A DNA stretch of 64,000 nt. Origin: Octopus sinensis (Eukaryota). How positions within the stretch are numbered: position 1 is the stretch's first letter; each line of letters begins with the position of its first letter. The stretch spans positions 198,462,001 through 198,526,000 of the forward strand of contig NC_042997.1 of NCBI RefSeq assembly GCF_006345805.1, given 5' to 3'. A program made the position numbers and the translations under genes. Positions 51,815 to 64,000 of the stretch are shown piece by piece. The notes beneath the pieces are model-generated. The model worked only from the letters and a program-made list of their open reading frames with translations, ran no database searches and was not told the DNA's origin.

Positions 51815-52369
51815 TGTCTGACTAGCAGTATGAAGCGGCTGATCTCCCTTGTTCGAAGGTTATAATGGACACAGTTTGTGTGTCAAATAGCTATCTTAAG
51901 GCGATGGCCTCATGGAGCTAATCAGCGACAGCTTTTAGTCTTATATCTATAAGGCTGGCATATTAATATGGCGATAACAATTATATATATCTTAGTACAC
52001 CACGAGTACTGATAATTTCAGTTTATCGAAATACCTTTAGATAGCAAATACAGCAACAGCGTGTATTTGTAGAAAACCTCATGTACATATGCAATGATTA
52101 CATGTCTTCTATAAGTATACTTCGATATAATGTCCTTCAATGTTTTCATAACACAGGTGTTATTGATTGAAACGGCGTGCGTGAACATGCTTCACTCTGA
52201 ATAAAAGTATAGCAGCTAATAATTATGTCATCAAACTGAACAAGATAGATTTCGCCTCATAGCACGAATAAACATTGAATGTTGCTATTGAATTTAAACT
52301 TGCTTGCATGTCCTGGTTTTTCTGTTGTAATATAGAGTACATCCCTGAAAATATCAATATTATTATTTC

Positions 52370-52667
52370 ATTTATGCGCCCTTTTCAAGCTTAGCCAGGA
52401 TCATGGGCCCGGTTTCTGTGGCGTATGCGTATCCCCCCTCCCAAGCTGGATGGGACGTCAGTCCATCGCAGTGTTACTCAAGAAACAGGAAAAAAGAATG
52501 AGAGAAAGTTGGAGCGAAAGAGTACACCAGGGCTCTCCACCACCCTCTGCCGGAGCCTCGTGGAGCTTTAGGTGTTTTCGCTCAGTAAACACACACAATG
52601 CCCGGTCTGGGAATCAAAACCGCGATCCTCCGACCGCGAGTACGCTGCCCTAACCACTGGGCCATTG
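52370..52667 (-). mobile_element. SINE family R with V-domain-like body (tail C)
   Basis: actgcgatggactgacgtcccatccag ... agaaaccgggccc. Confidence 0.88.
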
Positions 52668-53873
52668 AATATATATTAATATACATAACTTTTATTTCTT
52701 AAGCTCCTTTGACACAGTCATGGAAATGTAGATTAAGAAGTCCGCTTTTCAAATGAATTTTATTTTAGACGTAGGTCATTGTGAAATGGAAACTATGTAG
52801 AATCCCCGCTTGGGCTATTGTCTTAATATAGTAACCATTTTAGAATCACAGCTTCTTCTTGAGTGCCTTCCGTTAGTTTATTCTGCCGAAAATATTGAAC
52901 CGAAACAGTATCTGATCAAGCCAACATGATAGCTTCTGCCCTTTCACATAAACTGCTAGAAATAGTAGTCAAATCTCCATTAATCCGCAAACTATAATTT
53001 GCATACTTTAAAACGAAATGATACGGAGAGATACTATAGTCAGAGATATAGCAAGAAATGTGGAATATTCATTAATGATCTGCTTGATCGGAGAAGACCT
53101 GGGGCTACCCATAACAATGATATTGCAGCGTAGTAATCACGTTATACATACATGCATACATATATGATCTCCACTCCTTAAACAAAGAAGAAACAAATCT
53201 CATACTCTTCTCATTATACCAAAATATTTAGAGTCGCTGAAGAACAAATTGGAATAGCAGATCCTTTTCGCCAGCAAAGTACATTTCTACAGAGATTGAA
53301 GGCGTTTAATGAGAAACAGCTAAAAGCTAGTATTGAAATTCTTATATAGAAATAAACACCAGTTATAAAATCTTTTTGGGGATGCAACCGAAATATGGGT
53401 AATTGTATTAGTAAATACTTTAGTATTTTCACCAAGGTGTTAGATCTGTCCATCGAAATGACCTAGGTATGTCGGCAATTATAGGGTATTTGTGTCTGAT
53501 TATGATTCAAATCCTTTTGTGCATAATCCAAATCTCATTTATTTTCCTTATTAAGGTTCAGCGAAAAGGGAAACGTGGAGTATTAACAGAAAGATGAAAG
53601 TAAACTAAACAAACGTATCTTTAACGTTTATTCTGTATTCACTAATATATTCCGAACGTAACCACATTACATTTTCTATGATTTACTTGGCACTGTTAAC
53701 TAAAAGAGTTCCCGATTGCCCTCAATAATTATACTGTATAATTATTTTGTTATCCTTCATATTCTCACACAAGATAAAAGGTGAATTGTTTACAGTCTTA
53801 AACATCCAAACTAACCTTTTTTGTAATGTAAAATTAAGAGAGTGACTCAGTCAAAGGAACACGCTGATGCATT

Positions 53874-54291
53874 CTTATTTCATTATTGCCCACAAGGGGC
53901 TAAACATAGAGGGGACAAACAAAGACAGACAAACGGATTAAGTTGATTACATCGACCCCAGTGCGTAAACGGTACTTAATTTATCGACCCCGAAAGAATG
54001 AAAGGCAATGTCGACCTCGGTGGAATTTGAACTCAGAACGTAGCGGCAGACGAAATACATATATCTTTACTACCCACAAGGGGCTAAACACAGAGAGGAC
54101 AAACAAGGGCAGACAAACGGATTAAGTCGATTTTATCAACCCCAGTGCGTAACTGGTACTTATTTAATCGACTCCGAAAGGATGAAAGGCAAAGCCGACT
54201 TCGGCGGAATTTGAACTCAGAACGTAACGGCAGACGAAATACGGCTACGCATTTCGCCCGGCGTGCTAACGTTTCTGCCAGCTCGCCGCCT
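53874..54291 (-). mobile_element. SINE family M tandem dimer (X-X)
   Basis: Full unit plus headless unit, junction near 54058. Confidence 0.88.
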
Positions 54292-54990
54292 GAAAGAATG
54301 ATATAGCACCTGATTACAAAATATATTTAACGCTACAGTTTATGAAATTAACTTAACGCTGTTTATATGGGTTTAAGATAAACATCTACACTTTAATTAG
54401 CGCATCCAACCTAACTTGGACGTGTTACTTATAATGTCCCGAAAAATCATTTCGTGTAGACAGCAAATGCTAAGAAAAAGCATCGAAATTCTATAACCGG
54501 ATGACGAAATGTTATGAGTACAGCGGCGGATGGCACTAGTGAATCATGTGATTTCATCGTATTGCGGATTGTCAGTGGCAGCTAGTCTAGCTGAATGTCA
54601 GACAGAAAATCAATCAAACCGATATAGAATAACACTAGCCAAATTACCAGTGGTGTCGCGAAAAGCTGGCGGGTTGTGCATAAATTGCCTAATAGTGACA
54701 CTAGTAGCTTCTGTAGCGAATATGAATTAGCACATCCAACCTAACATGGATGTGTTGTTTATAACGCTTAGACTTGTAAACGTTCCGAAAAATCATTTGC
54801 ATGAGAAAAAGAACCTTAAAGTTTAATATACATGAAATCTGTAGAATACGTTGCATGATTTTGTTCTCTGGAAACTCACAACCTTCTCTAATCATACATA
54901 CAAACAGACTATACAATTCCGATATAAGCATGTACGTAAGCGTAAGCCATACTCAGTTACTAAATTCTATAAATGAATGCATTTCTAATG

Positions 54991-55134
54991 TAGAAAATTA
55001 CTATTTTTAAATCTCACAACGAGAGATATTCAGCAACAGTACTTGGTAGTAAAGATTGTTGGCAAACAATCTTTACTACCAAGTACTGTTGCTGAATATC
55101 TCTCGTTGTGAGATTTAAAAATAGTAATTTTCTA
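54991..55134. repeat. Perfect 70-bp-arm palindrome (loop ggca) upstream of a hammerhead
   Basis: 54991-55060 is the exact reverse complement of 55065-55134. Confidence 0.95.
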
Positions 55135-55223
55135 AATTATAGATCAGTGACTAGTTGTCACTTTGAAAACTATATATTTCGAACGGGAGTTTGGCAACAC
55201 CACCTCTAGCCGTACAATTATTC

Positions 55224-55264
55224 TGTGCTGATGAAGGGAAATAACCCGGAAATCGCGATACACA
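55224..55264 (+). ncRNA. Minimal type-I hammerhead (canonical core, AUA site)
   Basis: tgtg CTGATGA a ggg aaataa ccc g GAAA tcgcgat A caca; palindromic AUCGCGAU helix III. Confidence 0.75.
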
Positions 55265-56104
55265 TATTGTTTTGAGCCAAGTGGGGGTGCTAGATTCCCT
55301 TCTTCGAAAATATAAGGACACAGGTCGTGTCATATAGCCAGCAGGAGACAATGTCTCCTGGGGCTAAATTACAGCAACATTCGTCCTAAACCAGGATTAT
55401 CATGTTTTGTTGACAAATAATCATTTCTAACGTATTCGGAAACCAATACATTTCTTGGAGTTTGGAAAGGACTGTTTGCGTCATGGCCTTGTTTCCACCA
55501 GTAAATCCGTCCAGAGGACGAGATAAGAATATACTAGCGGATTAGTCATCTCATTTGTATCACTCAAAAATGTTCCTTTTATATGTCCTATTGGTGAAAG
55601 CAGACTCGACATTTGGTTTCATAAACTCAAAGGAAAGCATTAATCTAGAGAATAGTGCAATAGTGTTTATCAGTCAACATTTCATGACCAAGAGCATGCA
55701 TTAATGGGCCTCCAACGCAATTGACTTCAAGGGATAAGGGAGGGAAACTTAATGGCATGACTTGGTTGAGTGTCCATGGAAAAGAGTAAATTCGCTCCAC
55801 AAAGCCAACTCAGTGCAAATGGAATTTAACCATCTTCACTGAATTTCGACTTGGCTTTTACAGAGGACGCATTTGAATTCATGTACTATTTTCTTCGTAC
55901 ATTGTTGACTAATATGGACCACATCTCGAACCATTTTACAAGATTTTCGCCTGAGGTAGTGGTAACCGATCAAATATAACTCATAGATTGATAATTCGTT
56001 AATTCATAGTTTAACATTAATTACGTAAATAACACACAGACAACAATTAAAGTCCCGATAATAAACATTGATTACTGTTATACTTGCTCTTTTATATTGG
56101 TTTA

Positions 56105-56292
56105 AATATTTGGTATAGGCCAGCATTTTCTGGGAAGTGGGTAAGTCGATTATATCAACCCCGGTAATCAACTGGTACTTATTTTATCGACCTTGAAAGG
56201 ATGAAAAGTGAAATCGACACGAGCAGTATTTGAACTCAGAACGTACAGTCGGAGAAATGCGGCTAAGCCTTTTGTTCAACGCGGCAACAATC
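56105..56292 (-). mobile_element. SINE family M, old copy
   Basis: Diverged central block and tail Y. Confidence 0.75.
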
Positions 56293-56511
56293 CCGCCTGT
56301 TCGCCACCTTATTTTCTCTTATACTAAATGTTTAAACACGCGACGACAAAGCCAAATGTATTTTTATAAATTTCTATTTTCTGAATTTGTACCTGACTGG
56401 GAATGAAAGATCAATAATATATATATGAATCACTTTCGCAACTTTCAAAAGACCAAACTTAATTACGAATTTTCCAATAATTCTTTAAAATATTTATATC
56501 AGCGCTGTTCA

Positions 56512-56730
56512 AGGAGGCAAGCCAGCAGAATCATTGGTACGCCGGTCAAAATGCTCGATGGTATTTCGTCCGTCTTTACGTTCTGAGTTCAAAAGCCGCC
56601 GAGGTCGATTTTGCTTTTCATCCTTTCGGGGTCGGTAGAGTAAGTACAAGCTAAATGCTGGAATCGATGTAATCGACTTCGTCCCTTCCTCGAAATTGCT
56701 GGCCTTGTGCAAAGATTTGAAGCCAATATT
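56512..56730 (+). mobile_element. SINE family M (tail Y), diverged
   Basis: Matches family consensus. Confidence 0.8.
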
Positions 56731-56953
56731 ATCACTGTTGTAAAAGGGACATGTAAAAAGAAGGAACCTTAAATTTAAGGATGTAACTTCATAGATAAAT
56801 ATATAGCTGCATTTGTTCATATATATATATATATATATTAATAATATAAGGGTAAATAATTATTAATTTCAAAATCAACAATTATTTCCGGGTAGTTTTC
56901 GGTATGGAAATATAACCATTATCGGTAGGAACTTTTTCAAAAAGTTCTTTATA

Positions 56954-57077
<124 letters not shown>

Positions 57078-57575
57078 GCATAAATGCTACTAAATACCAT
57101 ATACCCAAGGTAGACATATATTTAAAATAGCTGGATTGATTTAAGATAAAAAATAATACCGAGTATTTCATAGAAATTTAAATTTAGTTTCCCGTTTAAT
57201 TTTCGATTTTACGAATGAATTCCAATGACCCGAATCGTTTATGTATATATTTGAATTGTACCTGAAACAACTTTAGCAGAAATTATCGATTACGCAGCAT
57301 AAATTTTAGCTTTAATTTTCAGAGAAGAGAATCAGTCACAAAAGCTACAGGGTTTATAGCTCTAACAGCACATGACGTGTATTTGTCGTATTTGCTGTCA
57401 TTATTATTTCGCGCTACAGTAAATTACAAAAATAAACCACGATGCAAGATAAAGAACAAAATTATTTGATTATGCATGTTAACATTAAACTCAGAAAAGT
57501 TACACTTTCCCATTTCTGAAACATTCCATTAAAAATTAAAATAGCACCAAGTTCGCCAATTTAAATATATATAAC

Positions 57576-57970
57576 TAGCAGTATCGCCCGGCGTTGCTCG
57601 GGTTTATTTCGACCTTTTAGAATTGAAATTTTTGAAAAGTAAAACTTTTGCATTATGTAGCTTGTTATTCTCTATAAGCAACATTTTTCTGGTTGAAATA
57701 CACCGAAAAATGGCGACACAGCTGTAAAAAAATCGTAAAAAAATAGGGATTTTCATAGAAAAAAAAGCACCTTTTTGATGTAAATAAATTTTGGTGTTAA
57801 CATGGTCCGATTTGAATTTTTTCTTCTACGGAAGGAAGAGCAAGCCTTCTTCTATCATACTCTCAATTTTGGTCAACTCACGCCGCAGGGTCTCGGAGGA
57901 GATAGTGTTAGTTGAAGGCTACCAAACCTGCCACACACAGACAACTTCAGCTTTATAAAAATATTATAAA
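57576..57970 (-). mobile_element. Non-autonomous Helitron-type element
   Basis: Minus-strand 3' end: hairpin cccgagcaacgccggg then gatactgCTAG|T; AT-rich 5' end ...tataaagctgaagttgtctgtgtgtg. Confidence 0.65.
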
Positions 57971-58074
57971 TATAAATTGATTATTGCAGCCAGAAGCAAT
58001 ATTGATACCAAAAGGTAATCTTTATATCCAACTTAACTATGGACGTCTTCTTACAACATTGAATATTGCACAAT

Positions 58075-58302
58075 TAGCCTTGAGAGATTCTTATAAATAG
58101 GCACTTGGTGCATAAAAGTACACACAGATCACAGCAAACAAAAATCGTCCGTCATGAGCGCCGGGATACCCACTGGTGATTTCCAGCAGAGTGAAATCAC
58201 GTGATATGTAAGTTGCAGCATCTATGACAGGCGATTCTCATCTACTACGATCTGTGCGTTTTTATGCACCAAGTTCCTATTTGAGAGGATCTCTCAAGGC
58301 TA
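58075..58302. mobile_element. MITE with about 55-bp TIRs
   Basis: tagccttgagaga..ggcacttggtgcataaaa..cacagatc / gatctgtgc..tttatgcaccaagttcc..tctctcaaggcta. Confidence 0.8.
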
Positions 58303-59719
58303 AAAATGTAGTATTCGGTGTCCTAACAAGACATTCATATATATATATATATATATATATTTCCTTGGGGCTGGCCAGATTGGAGCAATCTCAAGATTAA
58401 TCAGCCGAAATTGCGAGGATGATCCGGTTCTTGACTGAAGATAAAAGGATTCGAATGACCCGTCCTTGTTTTTTTTTGTATCGTCTATCTGGATGTTTTA
58501 TTGTCCCTTTTTGTATTACCTAGTTGTCCGGATGTTTTGCGTTCTTGTCACGTTTTGTATTTTATTTTATATATATATATATATATATATAAACAAAGTA
58601 AAAATGGAAGGTACCGCACGAGAGAAAATATATAGAGAAGCGGATTTGAAAATGCAGAGGTCTTTTAAAGATATTTATTGACTTGACCGGTTTCACTTTT
58701 GTTAAAAAAAATTTTCAAAAGTAATGTGTAAGGCTTTGTGTAATATTTGTGGTGTTAAAATTTAGCTAATATAGAGGTATTAAAACACAGTGATAGAGCG
58801 TTTGACAATTATAAGAGAATGTGAAGGAATAAACTCTTTGACAATGATAAGAAAATGTTAAGAGAGGCTTTGTGTTTAAACAGCTTACATAAAAGTGTTC
58901 AGAATAGGCAGTAAAATAAGTTCATAACTGTTTATAGGTTCATCAGAAATGATAATTGTTTACGAGCATGTTTACAGAAAGAATCTTTAGACAGTATGAG
59001 ATGGGAGAAAGCGAGTATTGGCTTGTTAAAGGTTAATCAGAAGTCATAATTGTTTATAAGGATTTTAGAGGAATGACCAACCGTTCTTCTTCGATAACAA
59101 GACTTCAATTGCCTATCTCTACTTTATCGTTATATCTAGTATTAAAATAGGGATCATCTTTATTTCCTATACACCTGAGACGTATAATCTGTTAAAATAC
59201 ACGATACCGAAGCTTCATAATCTAGCTTGTTGTGGATGTGATAGTAACATATTAGAAGAGAATAAATTCCAGCTCTTGGCAAATAATGTCTGTTAAAATA
59301 TCAATAAATCTACAAATTAAATTATCATTGCATGTAATGGAAAATGAATTACTGACTCTTCCGAACAAAATACGAAACTAAACATTTAATATAGAAATAA
59401 GAATAGTTCAGCAATATCATCGTTTATCAGATGATTGAAACATCTCCATTGATATAGGATATAGTTGAAATACTGGATGAGCTCTAACAATAGTTCGTAT
59501 AATCTTCTTTTATCATCGAAGCTGTACATTATGCAGCCATATATTGTATTTAACAGTCATATAACCCAGTAGATATGAAGTCAAGTAATCAGTTTTCTCG
59601 TATTAAATATAAGTCATAGGAACACTTAGACGCAACGTCTTCTGTGTAGGTGGCAGACTTTCCATTGCGTGCACACATATTGTACGCTTAAAATACACAC
59701 ACGCACACATAGGAGTTTG

Positions 59720-60135
59720 TGTGTATGTATGTATACATATATATGTATTTATTTATATATATATACACACACACACACATATATATGTATGTATATACAT
59801 ATGTATGAATACATGCATGTATGTATTTATAAATATGTATTTGTATATATATATGTGTGTGTGTATATATATATATATGTATGTATTTAGATATATATGT
59901 ATATATATATTTAGGTATATATATATATATGTATTTAGGTATATATATATATATATATATATATTTAGGTATATATATATATATGTATATACATATATGT
60001 ATTTAGGTATATATATATGTATATATGTATGTATATATATATGTATGTATTTAGATATATATATATATATCTGTAGATATATATGTATGTACTTATATAT
60101 ATATATGTGTGTGTGTGTGAGTGTACACACACAAC
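59720..60135. repeat. (TA)/(TG) low-complexity array with a gtatttag(g/a)tata higher-order unit
   Basis: Direct inspection. Confidence 0.9.
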
Positions 60136-60833
60136 ATTATATACACAGACATGATAGTATACACACACAAACATCATAGTATAAATGAACGTATGTGAAA
60201 AATATATGATATATGTGAGAATAGAATTAAATGCTGAATGATCTAATGACTTGGTCGGTAACCTAGCAACCAATTAGAAATAACCATAGGCGAATTTTGT
60301 TCAAGTGGATCTGCGGAAGTTAAGAATCCCCAACTAAATATCACCAAAGAACGGTTTTAACAATTTCCTTTAATAATTGCTGACTAGCCAGCAGCAGCAG
60401 CAGCAGCTGGTCCTTTTAGCAATGTAATCTTCTGTCTATCTCGCCAGATCTATCGCAACTGTTGCAAGATTCTAGTTGATTTGTTTGTTGCAATATTCTA
60501 AACCTCGGTAGATTAAATCATTAAATTAATATCCTATAAAACAGATAGCGGTTTATATGAAACTGCATCGCGATTTTATTTTATGAGTCGTGTGCGGAGA
60601 AGGAACCACACCGAATCCTACTGCAGGTGTTTTAAAACCGGCGAAGGGACTTAGCGTGGATTTCTGCAAGTGACACCTTCTCTCCTACAAACTGACTGAC
60701 TACCTCCCACTTGCGTTTGACTTTTCTATCGTTGTTCCTCGGAGCGAGTTAGCTTCATGTAACCTCTACTCAGGCGCCCTCAACTACTCATCGCTTTTCC
60801 TCTCGCTACCCTCATGATATTTACATACTTTAG

Positions 60834-61042
60834 GGCGGCGAGCTGGCAGAAACGTTAGTACGCCGGGCGAAATGCTTTGCGGTATTTCGTCTGCTGTTAC
60901 GTTCTGAGTTCAAATTCCGCCGAGGTCGACTTTTCCTTTCATCCTTTCGAGATCGATAAAGCAAGTATTAGTTGAACACTGGCGTTGGTCTACTCGAGTG
61001 GGTCAGTCCCCAAAAATTTCGAGCCTTGTGCCTAGAGTATAA
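60834..61042 (+). mobile_element. SINE family M (tail Y)
   Basis: Matches family consensus. Confidence 0.88.
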
Positions 61043-61051
61043 AATCAAGAA

Positions 61052-61467
61052 GGCGGTGAGCTGGCAGAAACGTTAGCACGCCGGGCGAAATGCGTAGCCG
61101 TATTTCGTCTGCCGTTACGTTCTGAGTTCAAATTCCGCCGAGGTCGACTTTGCCTTTTATCCTTTCGGGGTCGATTAAATAAGTACCAGTTACGCACTGG
61201 GGTCGATATAATCGGCTTAATCCCTTTGTCTGTCCTTGTTTGTCCCCCTCTGTGTTTAGCACCTTGTGGGTAATAAAGAAATAGGTATTTCGTCTGCCGT
61301 TACGTTCCGAGTTCAAATTCCGCCGAGGTCGACTTTGCCTTTCATCCTTTCGGGTCGATTAAATAAGTACCAGTTACGCACTGGGGTCGATATAATCGGC
61401 TTAATCCGTTTGTCTGTCCTTGTTTGTCCCCCCTGTGTTTAATCCCTTGTGGGTAGTAAAGAAATAG
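61052..61467 (+). mobile_element. SINE family M tandem dimer (X-X)
   Basis: Junction aaagaaatag|gtatttcgtc at 61284/61285. Confidence 0.9.
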
Positions 61468-61755
61468 TTCTACCCCTAGAACGTTGATCTTCTAAAGCCA
61501 TTCTCCTTGCAAATGCTTTTCCCGCAGGCATTAACTTGCAAGCGTTCAAAAGGAACCGCTTTAATCTCATTAGTTTCAAAGGGCATGCGAAAGTCATGAG
61601 CACAGAACCTTCCTGTAGAACTATTTAATAAAAATGTATCTTTAGGGGTGCCATCCGTAGGCATAGTAAGATAAGGAGGGAGATAAAGTGTGGGAGTATC
61701 GAATAAACAGGTTGGTAGACGTTACAGAATTAAATATTTCATATATTAAATATAA

Positions 61756-61978
61756 GGCGGCCAGCTGGCAAAAACGTTAGCACGCCGGGCGAAATTCTTA
61801 GTGGTATTTCGTCTGCCACTACGTTCTGAGTTCAAATTCCGCCGAGGTCGACTTTGCCTTTCATCCTTTCGGATTGACCCCAGTTACGCACTGGGGTCAA
61901 TATAATCGACTTAATCCGTTTGTCTGTCCTTGTTTGTCCCCTCTATGTTTAGCCCCTTGTGGACAATGAAGAAATAAG
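61756..61978 (+). mobile_element. SINE family M (tail X), small internal deletion
   Basis: Matches family consensus. Confidence 0.88.
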
Positions 61979-62302
61979 AATTAAATATTTCAAAGGAGAG
62001 GAGGCCGTTTTGTCATCAGAAGAAAGAGAGGGTACGTAGGGAACATGGCTATAGCATGTTGGTACTACTAGGAGATGCTTTTTAAAATGTTACCGAATGT
62101 GGTTTGGTCTGAATGTATACTTTCCAGTACAATCATAAATATCTAATACTATAAAATCTGTCTTCTGGTTACATTTTGAAGCAGATTCTTTGTACACTTC
62201 GAAACAACAGTCTCCAATTAACTATTTGTTATACATTAAAAATTACTTCAGAAACATATAATGTAGAGATGGTATTCGAAATAATATTGGTTTAAAATGT
62301 TG

Positions 62303-62487
62303 GCACAAGGCCAGCAATTTCGAGGAAGGGTTAATTTGATTACATCGATCCAAGTGCTCAAACTGGTACTAATCTTAACGACCCTAGAGGAATGAAAGGC
62401 GAAGTTGACCTCGGCGGAATTTGAACTTGGAACGTGAAGACAGCGTTTTGCCTGACGTGCTAACGGTTCTGCTATCTTTCTGCCTTA
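62303..62487 (-). mobile_element. SINE family M (tail Y), diverged
   Basis: gaaaggcgaagttgacctcggcggaatttgaac. Confidence 0.8.
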
Positions 62488-63296
62488 CAGTTCGAAACAA
62501 TATTACAAAGTAATTTACTTTATCACTTGGCTTAGAGTTTGATCGAATATTTTTCTTAATCGAAGAATCTGATTTCGCTTTATCAACGAAGCCATTTCCA
62601 CTTCCTTTCGACCACAGACACCCTTAGAAATGAAGGCATTTAACATTCGGTCCAAATTTACAGGTTTCATCCATACAACAAAAGGAAATGGAAATCATTC
62701 CAGAGAATCAGCCCTATTGTATTATGACAACTATGTCAGTTCCATAACAGGATACAATCGGAAAAGGATATGCTATTTATAAACGGTAATATAATATCGT
62801 ATAAACGTAAATACACATCCCATGCTAATGTCACTGATAACCTTAAAATAGCAGAAAAGTGCACTATAGAAATTTTGTATGGCTTGGTTTTAAAAGAAGA
62901 CAGTGCCTGTAGCCTTCGCAAGTCCTCCAAAACAAATGATATCGATGTAATTATTGTCCCTCTTGAACAACTACAAATTGCTGGCATCAGGTCGAAATTT
63001 CCAGAGGACTGACTTTTAAAATTGGAAGTTCTGGCCGAAGTGATTACTTCAGGGAACCAGGTGGGTTAGCACAAAATGCATGACGGAAAGGTTGAGAGTG
63101 TCAAATTGAGAACAGCACACGACCAAGCATTTCCGAGAAGTAGACGCCACAATGGTGATGTCGAAACGGAAAATAGTGGTAACAGAGAGTGCGATTTCGT
63201 GACAATCAGACGGTTGCTCGTTTTTTGGAGCGTGGGTCTGGAATTTTCATGAGTGGCAGCAGCAGCAGCACAGTCCCAGGTATTAGAACAGTATAA

Positions 63297-64000
63297 GGCG
63301 GCGAGCAGGCAGAAGCGTTATCACGCCAAGCGAAATGCTTAGCGGTATTTCGTCTGCCGCTACGTTCTGAGTTCAAATTCCGCCGCGGTCGACTTTGCCT
63401 TTCATCCTTTCGGGGTTGATTAAATAAGTACCAGTTATGCACTGGGGTCGATATAATCGACTTAATCCGTTTGTCTGTTCTTGTTCGTCCCCTCTGTGTT
63501 TAGCCCCTTGTGGGTAGTGAAGAAATAGGCATTTCGTCTGCCGCTACGTTCCGAGTTCAAAATTCCGCCGAGGTCGACTTTGACTTTCATCCTTTCGGGG
63601 TCGATTAAATAAGTACCAGTTACGCACTGGTGTCGATATAATCGACCTAATCCGTTTGTTCGTCCCCTCTGTGTTTAGCCCCTTGTGGGTAGTAAAGAAA
63701 TAGGTATTTCGTCTGCCGCTACGTTCTGAGTTCAAATTCCGCCGAGGTCGACTTTGCCTTTCATCTTTTCGGGGTCGATTAAATAAGTACCAGTTACGCA
63801 CTGGTGTCGATATAATCGACCTAATCCGTTTGTTCGTCCCCTCTGTGTTTAGCCCCTTGTGGGTAGTAAAGAAATAGGTATTTCGTCTGCCGCTACGTTC
63901 TGAGTTCAAATTCCGCCGAGGTCGACTTTGCCTTTCATCTTTTCGGGGTCGATTAAATAAGTACCAGTTACGCACTGGTGTCGATATACTCGACTTAATC
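63297..64000 (+). repeat. Tandem array of SINE family M: one full unit plus at least 3 headless 174-175-bp units, running off the window
   Basis: Units start at 63529, 63704 and 63878 at the same junction. Confidence 0.92.

Larger units (their letters stand above)
51236..51982. mobile_element. About 750-bp permuted inverted duplication (A-B-rcA-rcB) of a hammerhead-bearing unit
   Basis: B 51298-51622 vs rcB 51662-51982; A 51236-51302 vs rcA 51616-51681; about 6 substitutions in total. Confidence 0.9.

Noticed and set aside
58362-58419. ggctg...cagcc-GAAA hairpin next to (TA)n, possibly a hammerhead fossil
   Set aside because: Neither the CUGANGA core nor the UH site is recognisable; only helix II and GAAA remain
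61476-61664. Minus-strand open frames behind a possible acceptor (ttctacag|)
   Set aside because: Weak or absent donor and no homology recognised
62728-63240. About 160 codons in frame with two stops, and an open antisense frame
   Set aside because: No recognisable domain; length is within chance expectation
63544-63975. Recurrent ORF MRNWYLFNRPRKDERQSRPRRNLNSER (also at 33.1, 33.8, 35.8, 39.3, 53.9, 63.2 kb)
   Set aside because: Antisense reading of SINE family M; the repetition reflects SINE copy number, not a gene family

Overview
AT-rich eukaryotic genomic DNA dense in (TA)n/(CA)n microsatellites, most likely cephalopod (Octopus). That assignment rests on three abundant tRNA-derived SINE families that match my recollection of octopus SINEs and was not checked against a database. 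I cannot support any intact host gene, and most listed ORFs are microsatellite- or SINE-derived. Recognisable content: about 40 SINE copies; decayed RTE and R4/Dong LINE 3' fragments; a Penelope-like (PLE) GIY-YIG endonuclease remnant; a Tc1 remnant; a full-length decayed DD37D (maT) transposon; Kolobok-type and other MITEs; and Helitron-type elements. The main unexplained signal is a set of short non-coding elements that each carry a minimal type-I hammerhead ribozyme (HHR) fold and are mostly integrated as head-to-head fold-back palindromes (31.7, 41.7, 44.6, 45.0, 45.4, 51.2 and 55.0 kb, with decayed copies at 21.1 and 23.8 kb). They fall into at least six unrelated sequence families. Two families use the compensatory U3-A8 core. 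One has a tRNA-like Pol III head fused to the HHR tail, i.e. a candidate SINE parasitising a Penelope-like retrotransposon. All folds were read by eye, and ribozyme activity is untested.
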